From an uncultured Lachnospiraceae bacterium (GTDB taxonomy: Bacteria; Bacillota; Clostridia; Oscillospirales; CAG-272), in the NCBI GenBank assembly GCA_964645985.1, contig CAZYCC010000002.1:1-45272 (forward strand): a stretch of DNA of 45,272 nt, written 5' to 3'. Shown one piece after another: positions 1-10,258 of the stretch; within the stretch, counting starts at the first letter, position 1; each line of letters starts with the position of its first letter. A program made the translations under genes and the position numbers. The notes beneath the pieces are model-generated. The model made no database searches, was not told where the DNA came from, and saw only the letters and a list, made by a program, of their open reading frames with translations.

Positions 1-6
1 TCCCTC

Positions 7-35
7 TTGACAATTTCTGCTACATCGTGTAAAAT
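7..35 (+). promoter_or_regulatory. sigma-70-type promoter candidate (TTGACA-17 nt-TAAAAT)
   Basis: ttgaca at 7-12, 17-nt spacer, taaaat at 30-35. It sits in the only AT-rich patch of the first ~560 nt. No RBS-preceded ORF follows until guaB at 577. Confidence 0.5.
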
Positions 36-483
36 AAAACAAATATTCTTTTTTCCCCGAGGACCCTTTGCCCGCGCTGCGGTTTTCGCTTTTCGGCGGG
101 ATAAGTTCTGCTTCGCGGCCCTCTCCGGCGCGTTTCCGGCGCATCGCGGGCACTTTGTCGGCGTATGCCTCTCACGCCTCGCCGCGAAACGGGTGTTCTC
201 TCCATTCTTATACCTCGCGGCGGCTTTGCTGCCCCACCGGGCAGGCGCTTCGCCCATCGTGCTCGCTCGGCGGCGCCACCGCGCGCGGCTATCCCCGTCT
301 TTGCCGCGCGGCGATTCGGCCGCGTCCCCTTCCCCTTCGCTTTCCCCGCGCGGCAGGATACCGCTCCCGCTGAAGTTTCTTATTTGAGCAAACTCCTCCC
401 GATATACTCCATCGCGCCGCTTTTTCTATTTTTGGCGGCATCCCGTCGTCCGCTGCCCGCGCATAGCCGCCGCTATTTTTTGA

Positions 484-2046
<1,563 letters not shown>

Positions 2047-2356
2047 CGCGGCACGCAGCGACATCTTTATAGAAGCCGCGTATGTCCGCTCCCTCGCCCT
2101 CGGAATTGCGCACGGGCGGTTAGGTTTTGACTGCGCTCTTTGGAATTATAACGATAGCGCAAATTCCTTCGCTTATATTGTAAAGATTTTACGGAATCGA
2201 CGACCCCACCCCCGATCACCCGGCGGTGCGCGTCTCTGCGCGAGAACGGGCGCTCGGCGCCGCGCGTAATGCCGAACCCTCCATCATCGCCCCGGGCTTG
2301 CGCGGCGGTGCCGCTGCGCGAATTTGAGGATAGCGTAAAATTTCATAGGAGTCTTT

Positions 2357-3280
2357 ATGAACTCGACCATCTTGCGCCGCGCGATGGCGATGGCGCTCAC
2401 TTTGCTCGCTCTGCTGATAGTTCTGCCTTCCTGCGGGGGGAGTACGGGGGACGGCGAGGGCGGCGACAAGACCTCACAAGCGCCCGAGCCCCCGGCCGCC
2501 CCGTCAGGCGGCATGGACAAGAGCAGCGGCGAGGGCATCCTCACCGACGAGGACTTCCCCGATGAGGACTATCCTCCGCTCGAGCTCGTCTATGCCTACG
2601 ATGGCGCGGATAACCTGCAGCTCGTCCTGCTCAGCAACACCGATGAGGAGCTTTCCTACCGCGTTATGCTTGAGTTAAAAGGTGAGAGCGGCTGGGAGAT
2701 GCCGGTCGGCGCGGGCAGCTATCCGGCGGGCGAGGTCGAGGCGTTCGGCAGCGAGCGCGTCGCGATGCCGCTCGGCGGCTTCCCGCTCGAGGAGAACTCC
2801 GACTTTCGCCTCTCCTGCATCTATGCGTGGCAGGGCGGGGAGCGCGCGTCGATTGCTCGCCTCACCTATGGCGAGGAGACGCAAAGCGAAGCGCGGCGGG
2901 TCTTCGGATCGGCGGCGGGCGATGTCACATGGCAGATCGGCGCTAGCGCTGCGAGCCTCAAAGTGCTGGTCGAGGAGAGGGGCGCAGCCTTTGCCTCGCC
3001 CGACCCTGACGGGGTGTTCGCGTATGAAATTCGCTACGCCGATCTCTCGCAAATCGGCGACAAGGCGGGCGCGTACGACCACTACGAGGTTCTCACCCCG
3101 ACCGGCGCCTCCGGGGAGGCAGCCGATGAGGGCGCGGTGCTCACGCTCACATCCCCCGCAGAGGCGCTTCGCGCGGACGCCGACTACGACCTGCGCGTCG
3201 CCGTCTTCGTCCTCACCGAGGACGGTCAATCCATCGAGGCGCAGTACACCACTACCCACGCCCACACAGAAGGGGAGTAA
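2357..3280 (+). CDS. Lipoprotein of unknown function
   Basis: AGGAG at 2347-2351. Signal peptide with lipobox LPSCG, followed by a Gly/Pro/Glu-rich linker. I recognise no family. Confidence 0.75.
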   Translation: MNSTILRRAMAMALTLLALLIVLPSCGGSTGDGEGGDKTSQAPEPPAAPSGGMDKSSGEGILTDEDFPDEDYPPLELVYAYDGADNLQLVLLSNTDEELSYRVMLELKGESGWEMPVGAGSYPAGEVEAFGSERVAMPLGGFPLEENSDFRLSCIYAWQGGERASIARLTYGEETQSEARRVFGSAAGDVTWQIGASAASLKVLVEERGAAFASPDPDGVFAYEIRYADLSQIGDKAGAYDHYEVLTPTGASGEAADEGAVLTLTSPAEALRADADYDLRVAVFVLTEDGQSIEAQYTTTHAHTEGE

Positions 3281-3361
3281 AGGGTGCTCTCCCTTGCGGG
3301 GTGCAGATAAGTGCGAGGGAGCCTCGCGATAGTGCCCACGCTCGCCGCGGTTTTGCTTCCT

Positions 3362-3427
3362 CGCGAAATCCCCCGCCGATAAGGTACACGTTCGCGCAAT
3401 CCCCCGGCAACTCCGCGCAATCCCCCG
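3362..3427 (+). repeat. Three direct copies of CGCG(A/C)AATCCCCCG
   Basis: cgcgaaatcccccg at 3362-3375, cgcgcaatcccccg at 3393-3406 and again at 3414-3427. They lie in the convergent intergenic region between the lipoprotein gene and the cohesin-dockerin gene. Confidence 0.6.
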
Positions 3428-3578
3428 AGGAATCCTCACCCGCCGGGAAGACCCCCGCGCCCGCGATGTCCTCGCTCGCTCTACTCTGCGCGATAACCCC
3501 CTTGTTTGCGCAAATCCCAAGTCATCCTCCCCCCGATCTCCTTGCGCGCAACCGCTTCGCCCGTACGAAAACGATAAC

Positions 3579-3606
3579 AAAAACGCCGCCCGCGGGCGGC
3601 GTTTTT
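3579..3606. terminator. Bidirectional rho-independent terminator
   Basis: aaaaa-cgccgcc-cgcg-ggcggcg-ttttt. A 7-bp GC stem is flanked by an A-run and a T-run, 38 nt beyond the stop of the minus-strand gene ending at 3644. Confidence 0.75.
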
Positions 3607-3643
3607 GTATGGAGCAAAGATGCGAATCTTCGCCTGGGAAATC

Positions 3644-5878
3644 TTACGCTTCAAGCAGCATCAGCAGGCGAGAAACATCCTTGATGTTGACAACGCCATT
3701 GCTGTCGACATCCTGCAAGTTGATTTCTCCCTCCGGCGCGGAGAGATACTTGAGCAGCTCGGTGACATCGGCGATTGTCAGTTCTTCATCGCCGTTTAGA
3801 TCGCCAAGCAGGTCGCCTGATCCTGTCGCGGGGATGGTGACCTCGTCAATCGTGGTTTCCTGAGTCGCCGCCTCATCGAGGAAGAGCTTGCCGCAGACAT
3901 CGCAGCTCCAGTACTCTTTGTTACCGGGCTCGGTCTCGGTCGGCTCGGTCGCCTCGTGATGAGTGAGCGTGTGCGCGGCGGGGTCGGTCACGTTCTTATC
4001 GGCGATTTCGCTTTGCCCTTCGGCATCGCTGAAGTACTTTCCGCAAACTGAGCATTCCCAATACTCAATGGTGCCGTCTTCGGTGCAGGTGTGCGGCACC
4101 GCCTCGTGATGGGTGAGCGTGTGCTCGCCTGTCGCGGGGATGGTGACCTCATCCTCGGTCGTTGGGATGAGGCCGTCGGCATCCTCGAAGAGGTTGCCCT
4201 CATCGTCCTTGTAGTACGCCTTGTTGCCGGGTTCGACGCAGGTCGCGTCTTTCCCCTCGACCGCGGTCAGTGCCTTGGCGACGGTGATGTCGGCCGGCAC
4301 GACCGTTGTGCCGCTGATGTCGACCTCGTACGGGTCAAGCTCGGAGGAGAAGAAGAAGTCGGTGACCTCGGCGTTCACGCTGCCGGTGCCGATCGCCGCC
4401 GCCTCGTCCGCCTTCAGTGTGACCGTGCCGATGGTGAAGTCCTCGGAAATGTTGGCGTTGCCGCCGGTCTCGCCGCTCGCCGCAGCGACGCCAAAGACGG
4501 TGCCCTCGGTCGCGTTGACACCGCCCATAATCGTGGCGCCGTCTACCGTGCCGGGCTTAAAGCTGTCCGGGACGATGGACACGCCCTCGGGCAGGGAGAG
4601 CTTGAGCTCCCAGCCGTTGACGCCTTGGCGCGGCAGATCCGAGGCGGAGATCGTCAGGTCTACCGTTCTGCCGGCGCGCACGGTGGAGTTCGCGAGCGTC
4701 AGCGTCACCTTCGCCGATCCTTCAACCGGAGCGGGTTTGAGGCTCTCTGCTATCTGCTCGGCGGCTGCTTCTTTCCACGCTTTGTAAGTGGTTTCGCTGC
4801 CGTCTGTGCCAACGACGACGACATCGTCTTTCGTTGCGGCGGCGTTATCGGCAAAGCCGCCGTTACGCAGGTCAAATAGACCGATGACCATCAAGCGGTT
4901 GTCCGCGTCGTAGATCTTCAGCTCGGTCGCGTAGACCTTGCCCGGATCAAGCGCGTCGACATCCTCATCGGTCAGCTTGAGGTCGACGCGGAAGAGGTTG
5001 CCAACGCCGAGCGGGCCGTAATAAGAGTGAATGCTGCCCACATACTCTTTGTTGTTGATCTTGCCCTCGACCTTGTTGCCGGCGGCAAACTCGGTTGTGC
5101 GCAGGATGTCGGACGGCAAAACCTCCGGGATAATGAGGTTCTCGGCAAAGTTTTGTTGCTCCAAGGTGCCAAAGTCCTCAATATCGGAATCTTTCGCCAC
5201 ATGGTAGTGCAAAAGCTGCACGACGCGCGGCTTGCGGTAGAGGTCGTCGAGATCAACCGCAGGAGTCGGCTCGATCTTCTCGCCGTGCCGATACATATAA
5301 CCGGACTCGGGGTCGCTTTCGTTCACCTTGAAGGTATACCCGGAGGAGGTCGATGTGTAGGTCAGCGTGTCGCCCACGTAGATGTCGAGCGTGAGGGTGT
5401 ACACGTTGTTGAGCTCGATTGAGAAGGGCTTGCCGCTCTCGGTCGTCGCATTGTTGACCTCCATGCGGAAGAGGTTAGACTCCCCGCCGGGGTAAACGCT
5501 GCCTGGAGCGATGTTCTTGAAGACGGTAACCGTCTTGTAGACATCGGTGACGGTCAGATCGAAGTGGCCCTTGGTGCAGGTCGGCGGCGTCTGCCAATCG
5601 TTGCTCGCCGCGTCCCACTTGCCGTTCGTGTAGCCGACCTCATCGAGGATGCTCTGGAAGGTTCTTTCGTTGTTTGCCTTCTGCGAGTACCCAATAAGGA
5701 ACTGGGTAAAGTAAACGTTATTCCTTGATGAATCCTTCCAAGACTCGGCGCCGTTCCCGAAGAGGCTCGGCGTCGTCGTCAGGGTCGTCGCCTCCGCGCT
5801 GCTAACCAAAGCGGTCGCCGGGAGCAGCGACAGCACCATCAGCAGAGCCAGCAAAGAAGCAAGCAGTCGTTTTTTCAT
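3644..5878 (-). CDS. Secreted cohesin-like plus dockerin protein with Cys-containing repeat modules
   Basis: Signal peptide MKKRLLASLLALLMVLSLLPATALVSSAEA. C-terminal duplicated Ca-binding dockerin segments DLNGDEELTIADV and DVDSNGVVNIKDV (3647-3820). Three modules of the type C.EPGNK.YY / HTLTHHEA...YW.C..CGK.F.D (3821-4279). A ~146-aa beta-rich cohesin-like segment (4280-4717). RBS GAGGTG upstream of the ATG. Confidence 0.85.
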   Translation of the reverse strand: MKKRLLASLLALLMVLSLLPATALVSSAEATTLTTTPSLFGNGAESWKDSSRNNVYFTQFLIGYSQKANNERTFQSILDEVGYTNGKWDAASNDWQTPPTCTKGHFDLTVTDVYKTVTVFKNIAPGSVYPGGESNLFRMEVNNATTESGKPFSIELNNVYTLTLDIYVGDTLTYTSTSSGYTFKVNESDPESGYMYRHGEKIEPTPAVDLDDLYRKPRVVQLLHYHVAKDSDIEDFGTLEQQNFAENLIIPEVLPSDILRTTEFAAGNKVEGKINNKEYVGSIHSYYGPLGVGNLFRVDLKLTDEDVDALDPGKVYATELKIYDADNRLMVIGLFDLRNGGFADNAAATKDDVVVVGTDGSETTYKAWKEAAAEQIAESLKPAPVEGSAKVTLTLANSTVRAGRTVDLTISASDLPRQGVNGWELKLSLPEGVSIVPDSFKPGTVDGATIMGGVNATEGTVFGVAAASGETGGNANISEDFTIGTVTLKADEAAAIGTGSVNAEVTDFFFSSELDPYEVDISGTTVVPADITVAKALTAVEGKDATCVEPGNKAYYKDDEGNLFEDADGLIPTTEDEVTIPATGEHTLTHHEAVPHTCTEDGTIEYWECSVCGKYFSDAEGQSEIADKNVTDPAAHTLTHHEATEPTETEPGNKEYWSCDVCGKLFLDEAATQETTIDEVTIPATGSGDLLGDLNGDEELTIADVTELLKYLSAPEGEINLQDVDSNGVVNIKDVSRLLMLLEA

Positions 5879-5912
5879 TTTTCACCTCGTAAGTGAAGGA
5901 ATTGGTAACCAT

Positions 5913-5941
5913 ATGGTAACACAAAAAAGAAAATATGTCAA
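5913..5941 (-). promoter_or_regulatory. Promoter candidate for the cohesin-dockerin gene (TTGACA-17 nt-TACCAT with TGn)
   Basis: On the minus strand: ttgaca (5941-5936), 17-nt spacer ending in tgt, taccat (5918-5913). The -10 overlaps the 10-nt palindrome ACCATATGGT. A second extended -10 (tggtataat, about 6064-6072) lies further upstream. Confidence 0.5.
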
Positions 5942-6133
5942 GAGGGGAAAAGAGGAATACGAAAAAATTTTCTGAATATAAAACTAATAGTATACAATCG
6001 TATGCAAAAATGAGATGTGGGGGATCAGACAAAACGAAAAAAGTAAATCGCGCAATCGCATAAATTATACCATGAAAATGTTGAATGGCGAAGGGTTCTT
6101 CAAACCTCGTCTGCCGCGTCCGCCGCGCTTCCC

Positions 6134-6162
6134 TTGACATCACCCCCCGCGCGTTGTATACT
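6134..6162 (+). promoter_or_regulatory. Promoter candidate (TTGACA-17 nt-TATACT)
   Basis: ttgaca at 6134-6139, 17-nt spacer, tatact at 6157-6162. GGAGG (6171-6175) and the ATG at 6182 follow directly. Confidence 0.6.
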
Positions 6163-6181
6163 TGAAGCTCGGAGGTATGTG

Positions 6182-6394
6182 ATGAGCGATTCGCTTTCGG
6201 CGCACGAGTGGACACCCTGCTGCGCGCTCTGTGAGTCGGCGCGCGCGCTGCCCGCGCCGCCCCTCGCGCGCTACTGCTTTTGCCCGCGCGCGGGGATAGT
6301 CGACGGGGGATATGTCTGCCGCAAGTTCAGCGCGGACCCGCTCAAGCGCCGCCCGCTCCCCCGCCCGCCGATGCCTCGGCTCGAGCCGGTCTGA
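6182..6394 (+). CDS. Small Cys-rich protein (70 aa), putative zinc-ribbon-like
   Basis: Near-consensus promoter, and GGAGG 6 nt upstream of the ATG. Translation MSDSLSAHEWTPCCALCESA...YCFCPRAGIVDGGYVCRKFSADPLKRRP has CC-x2-C and C-x-C clusters. Family not recognised. The track ORF start at 6134 overlaps the promoter and is unlikely. Confidence 0.55.
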   Translation: MSDSLSAHEWTPCCALCESARALPAPPLARYCFCPRAGIVDGGYVCRKFSADPLKRRPLPRPPMPRLEPV

Positions 6395-6603
6395 CCGAGG
6401 CGCTCCGCGCGATCGGCAGCCCCTCCTGTGCCCGCGCCTCCCGCCCTCCCGCGCGCGTGTTTTCCTGCGGGCAGGCGGGGATGCCTCGCTGCTTGGCTGC
6501 TGCTCTTTCCCTCGCGCTCGTTTTGACGCGCCACGCCGATTCGTTCCCCCGCTGCGCGTTTGGCTCGCCGCCGAGCGGGGGCTTGCTTCTTTGGTTTTTG
6601 CTT

Positions 6604-7878
6604 ATGAACGGTCGATCGAGTTTACGCCTGCTCGCGCTGCTGCTGCTGCCGCTTCTGATGCTCTCCTGCGGGAAGGGAGAGGAGCCGAATCCCTATCCGC
6701 CCTCCTCGCAAGGGGATGCGCCGTCTGCCGCGCCGCAGCTCTCCTCGGACGGGAGCGCGCGCGACCCCAACGCCGCGCCGACCCCCGATCCTAACCCCGC
6801 TCCGACCCCCGATCCTGATCCCGCGCGCGTGAGCGTCCTCGCGGCGGGGGATGTCATCATTCACGAGGCGGTCTACCGCGAAGCCCTCTCGCGCGGCGGC
6901 GGCAGCTACGACTTTCTCCCGCTCTTCTCGGGCGTCGCCGACACCATCGCCGCGGCGGATATTTCGTTTGTCAATTTTGAGTGCCCGATAGCGGGAGACA
7001 GCTTCGGTGCGTCCGGCTACCCGCATTTCAACGCGCCGAGCGCCGCCGGAGACGCCATCGTCGCGCTCGGCTTCGATGTCGTCAACATTGCCAACAACCA
7101 TATGCTCGATATGGACGGCACGACCACCGGCCTTGCCAACACCCTTTCCTACTGGAAGAGCAAGCCCGTCCTCACAATAGGCGGCTACACCCGAGGAGAC
7201 TATGACGAGCTGCGCATTGTCGAGCGCGGCGGAATGAAAATCGCCTTTCTTTCGTATACCTACGGCACCAACGAGGGCAGTATCAACTCAAAATCGCCGG
7301 ATTTGCTCATCCCGACGATGGAGGAATCGACGATGCTGCGGCAGCTCAAAGCGGCGCGGGAGGGCGCGGACGCGGTTATCGTGTCGCTGCACTGGGGCGA
7401 GGAGACCACGGTCGCGTATAACGTCACGCGCGCGACGAGCGAGCAGAAACGCCTAGCGCGCCTGCTCGCCGAGAACGGCGCGGACGTTATCCTCGGGCAC
7501 CACCCGCACGCCCTGCAGCAGGTCGAGCGCATAACCGCGGGCGACGGACGAGAGGCGCTCTGCTACTATTCGCTCGGCAATTTTATCTCGACGCAATACC
7601 CCTACACCAACCTCATCGGCGGGTTCGCCTCCTTCGCTCTCGCGCGCGGGGAGGACGGGAGCGTCAGAGTCGAGGAGCCGCGCCTCATCCCGCACATCAC
7701 CTATTATACAAAGAACCGCGACGGGCTGCAGGTGATGCTGCTCTCCGACTTCACGCCGCAGCTCGCCGAGCTTCACGGCACGCAGCTGCGCACATCCGAG
7801 AACGGCAAGGACCACATCACCTACGAGGACTTCCTCGCCGTACCGAAGACCCTCGTCTCAGCGGAGTTCCTCGAGTAG
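6604..7878 (+). CDS. CapA-family (poly-gamma-glutamate synthesis-type metallophosphatase) lipoprotein
   Basis: From the ATG at 6604: MNGRSSLRLLALLLLPLLMLSCG (lipobox), a Pro/Asp/Ala linker, then the CapA-like core VLAAGDVIIHE...FVNFECPI...VVNIANNHMLD...LHWGEE...ILGHHPH. The upstream 108 codons of the track ORF look like GC-rich read-through. Confidence 0.85.
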   Translation: MNGRSSLRLLALLLLPLLMLSCGKGEEPNPYPPSSQGDAPSAAPQLSSDGSARDPNAAPTPDPNPAPTPDPDPARVSVLAAGDVIIHEAVYREALSRGGGSYDFLPLFSGVADTIAAADISFVNFECPIAGDSFGASGYPHFNAPSAAGDAIVALGFDVVNIANNHMLDMDGTTTGLANTLSYWKSKPVLTIGGYTRGDYDELRIVERGGMKIAFLSYTYGTNEGSINSKSPDLLIPTMEESTMLRQLKAAREGADAVIVSLHWGEETTVAYNVTRATSEQKRLARLLAENGADVILGHHPHALQQVERITAGDGREALCYYSLGNFISTQYPYTNLIGGFASFALARGEDGSVRVEEPRLIPHITYYTKNRDGLQVMLLSDFTPQLAELHGTQLRTSENGKDHITYEDFLAVPKTLVSAEFLE

Positions 7879-7974
7879 CGGCGCGCGGGCGCGCAAGTGG
7901 GAAGTGGATAGTGGTTAGTGGTTAGATGCGCCAACGCAGCGAGCGCGCGGCACGCGGTTTGTGTTCTCTTTTTT

Positions 7975-9825
7975 ATGTCACTCGATTCTCTTTTGCGGCG
8001 GGTGGAGAAGCCCGGGCGGTATATCGGGGGGGAGGTAGGCGAGGTGCGCAAGGATCCGCGCGAGGTGCGGCTGCGCTGGGCGTTCTGCTTCCCGGACAGC
8101 TACGAGATTGGGATGTCCAACCTCGGCGTGCGCATCCTCTACGGCGTTCTCAACCGCATGGAGGAAGTTTGGTGCGAGCGGGTGTACGCCCCCTGGCCGG
8201 ATATGGAGCGCGAGATGCGCGCGGCGCGCCTGCCGCTCTTCGCGCTCGAGTCGCAGGATCCCATCGCGACCTTCGATATTGTCGCCTTTACCCTGCAATA
8301 CGAGCTTTGCTACACCAACGTCCTCAATATGCTGGATCTGGCGAGGATTCCTCTGCTTTCGCGCGAGCGCGGCGAGGACGCTCCGATAGTCATCGGCGGG
8401 GGGCCCTGCGCCTACAACCCCGAGCCGCTCGCCGATTTTTTTGATATTTTCTCTATCGGCGAGGGCGAGGAGGCGCTGCCCGAGCTTGCCACGCTCTATT
8501 TAGAGATGAAAAAGAGCGGGAGCTGCCGCAAGAGCGACTTTCTGCGCGAGGCGGCAAAGCTCCCCGGGTTCTACGTCCCCTCTCTCTACGACGTTTCCTA
8601 TCGCGAGGACGGCACTCTCGCCGAGGTAGCTCCGCGCGAGGGAGCGCCTGCGGTGGTGCGCAAGCGGATAGTGGACAACTTAGATGAGGTTTACTATCCG
8701 CACACGGTCATTCTCCCTTACATTGAGACGGTGCAGGACCGCACGACGCTCGAAACCTGCCGCGGGTGTATGCGCGGCTGCCGCTTCTGCCAAGCGGGGA
8801 TGACCTCGCGCCCGGTGCGCGAAAAGTCGCCCGAGGTTCTCCTGCGCGACGCGCGCGCTATCACCGAGGCGGCGGGCTACGACGAGCTGTCGCTGATGGC
8901 GCTCTCTATCTCCGACTACACGCGCCTGCCGGAGCTGCTCGATGCGCTCATTCCGTGGGCAAAGGAGAGGAACATCACGCTCTCCCTGCCCTCTCAGCGC
9001 GCCGATGCCTTCACGCGCGATCTGATGGAGCGCCTCTCCTCTCTGCGCGAGAGCGGCCTCACCTTCGCGCCGGAGGCGGGAACCCAGCGCCTGCGCGACG
9101 CGATCAACAAGAATCTGCGCGAGGAGGATCTCTTCCGCGCCTGCGACCTCGCCTTCGACTACGGCAAGAGCAGCGTGAAGCTCTACTTTATGAGTGGATT
9201 GCCGACCGAAACCGACGAGGACATCACCGGAATCGCGCGCCTTGCCGAGCAGGTCGTCGCGCTTTATTACCGCAACCCCAACCGCCGCAAAAATGTCCAC
9301 CCGCGCGTGACTATTTCTGTCTCCTGCTTCATCCCCAAGCCCTTCACCCCCTTTCAGTGGGAGGCGCAAAACAGCCGCGCAGAGCTTCGCCGCAAGCAGG
9401 AGCTGCTCGCCTCCGCCATCACAAATAAGCACGTGCGCTACACCTGGCACGATGCCGGAGCGAGCCACATCGAGGCGGCGCTCGCGCGCGGCAACCGCCG
9501 CGTCGGGCAGGCGCTGCTCGCCGCGCACCGGCGCGGCCTGCGCTTCGACGCTTGGGACGAGTTCTTTCGCTATGAGGGGTGGCTCTCGTCCTTTGCCGAC
9601 GCGGGGCTTGACCCCGACTTTTTCGCCGCGCGGGTATGGGGCGAGGAGGAAATTTTGCCGTGGGAGGTTATTGACTGCGGCGTCTCGCGGGAGTTTTTCC
9701 TGCGCGAGAGGCGGCGCGCCTATGCGTCCTCTCCCACCTCCAACTGCCGCGAGCAGTGCTCCGCCTGCGGCGCGGGATCGCTTTGCGCGAGCGCAACCTA
9801 CTGCCCCGGTAGAAGACAAGGATAA
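7975..9825 (+). CDS. Radical SAM protein, uncharacterised TIGR03960-type (B12-binding-like N-terminal domain)
   Basis: Starts MSLDSLLRRVEKPGRYIGGE. Contains the radical-SAM cluster motif C-MRG-C-RF-C (CRGCMRGCRFCQAG). Overall length and N-terminus are typical of this family as I recall it. Confidence 0.88.
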   Translation: MSLDSLLRRVEKPGRYIGGEVGEVRKDPREVRLRWAFCFPDSYEIGMSNLGVRILYGVLNRMEEVWCERVYAPWPDMEREMRAARLPLFALESQDPIATFDIVAFTLQYELCYTNVLNMLDLARIPLLSRERGEDAPIVIGGGPCAYNPEPLADFFDIFSIGEGEEALPELATLYLEMKKSGSCRKSDFLREAAKLPGFYVPSLYDVSYREDGTLAEVAPREGAPAVVRKRIVDNLDEVYYPHTVILPYIETVQDRTTLETCRGCMRGCRFCQAGMTSRPVREKSPEVLLRDARAITEAAGYDELSLMALSISDYTRLPELLDALIPWAKERNITLSLPSQRADAFTRDLMERLSSLRESGLTFAPEAGTQRLRDAINKNLREEDLFRACDLAFDYGKSSVKLYFMSGLPTETDEDITGIARLAEQVVALYYRNPNRRKNVHPRVTISVSCFIPKPFTPFQWEAQNSRAELRRKQELLASAITNKHVRYTWHDAGASHIEAALARGNRRVGQALLAAHRRGLRFDAWDEFFRYEGWLSSFADAGLDPDFFAARVWGEEEILPWEVIDCGVSREFFLRERRRAYASSPTSNCREQCSACGAGSLCASATYCPGRRQG

Positions 9826-10258
9826 TGCGAGGAAGCGGCGCGCTGGGCGCGGGGTTTTCGGGGGAATCGGTCAAAAAGCGCGCGGCAGCGGGCGCGGGGA
9901 GGTCATCGCCCGCGATGAACGCATTTGCGGCGCGCGGTGCGAATCCCTTCAAAAGCGCGGCGCGGCTCCACGCTCCTCCCCCGCGAAGTTTTCGCGAGAT
10001 CGCGCGCCGGGCGGGAGACGAGCTGCACGCGCTACTATAGCCCGCGTTCTGCGAATTTCGTGCGAGAGCGCGCGTGATCTAGTACACATTAACGGCACGG
10101 TTTAACGGCAGGGTGCACCTCGGGCGCAGTTCTCGCGCAAGAGCGCTGCCGGGCGGGGGAATGAGAGGCAGCGGCGGCGCGGCTCCGCAAAAAGAAACGG
10201 GGGCTACTCGGCGGGGCAAAGAGCGCGGGGTTTTAGCCGCGCACATATTTCTTTTTCT

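Noticed and set aside
5880-6130. Invertible promoter element served by the tyrosine recombinase at 25169-26101.
   Set aside because: I could find no pair of inverted repeats flanking this AT-rich promoter island or any of the spacers next to the recombinase.
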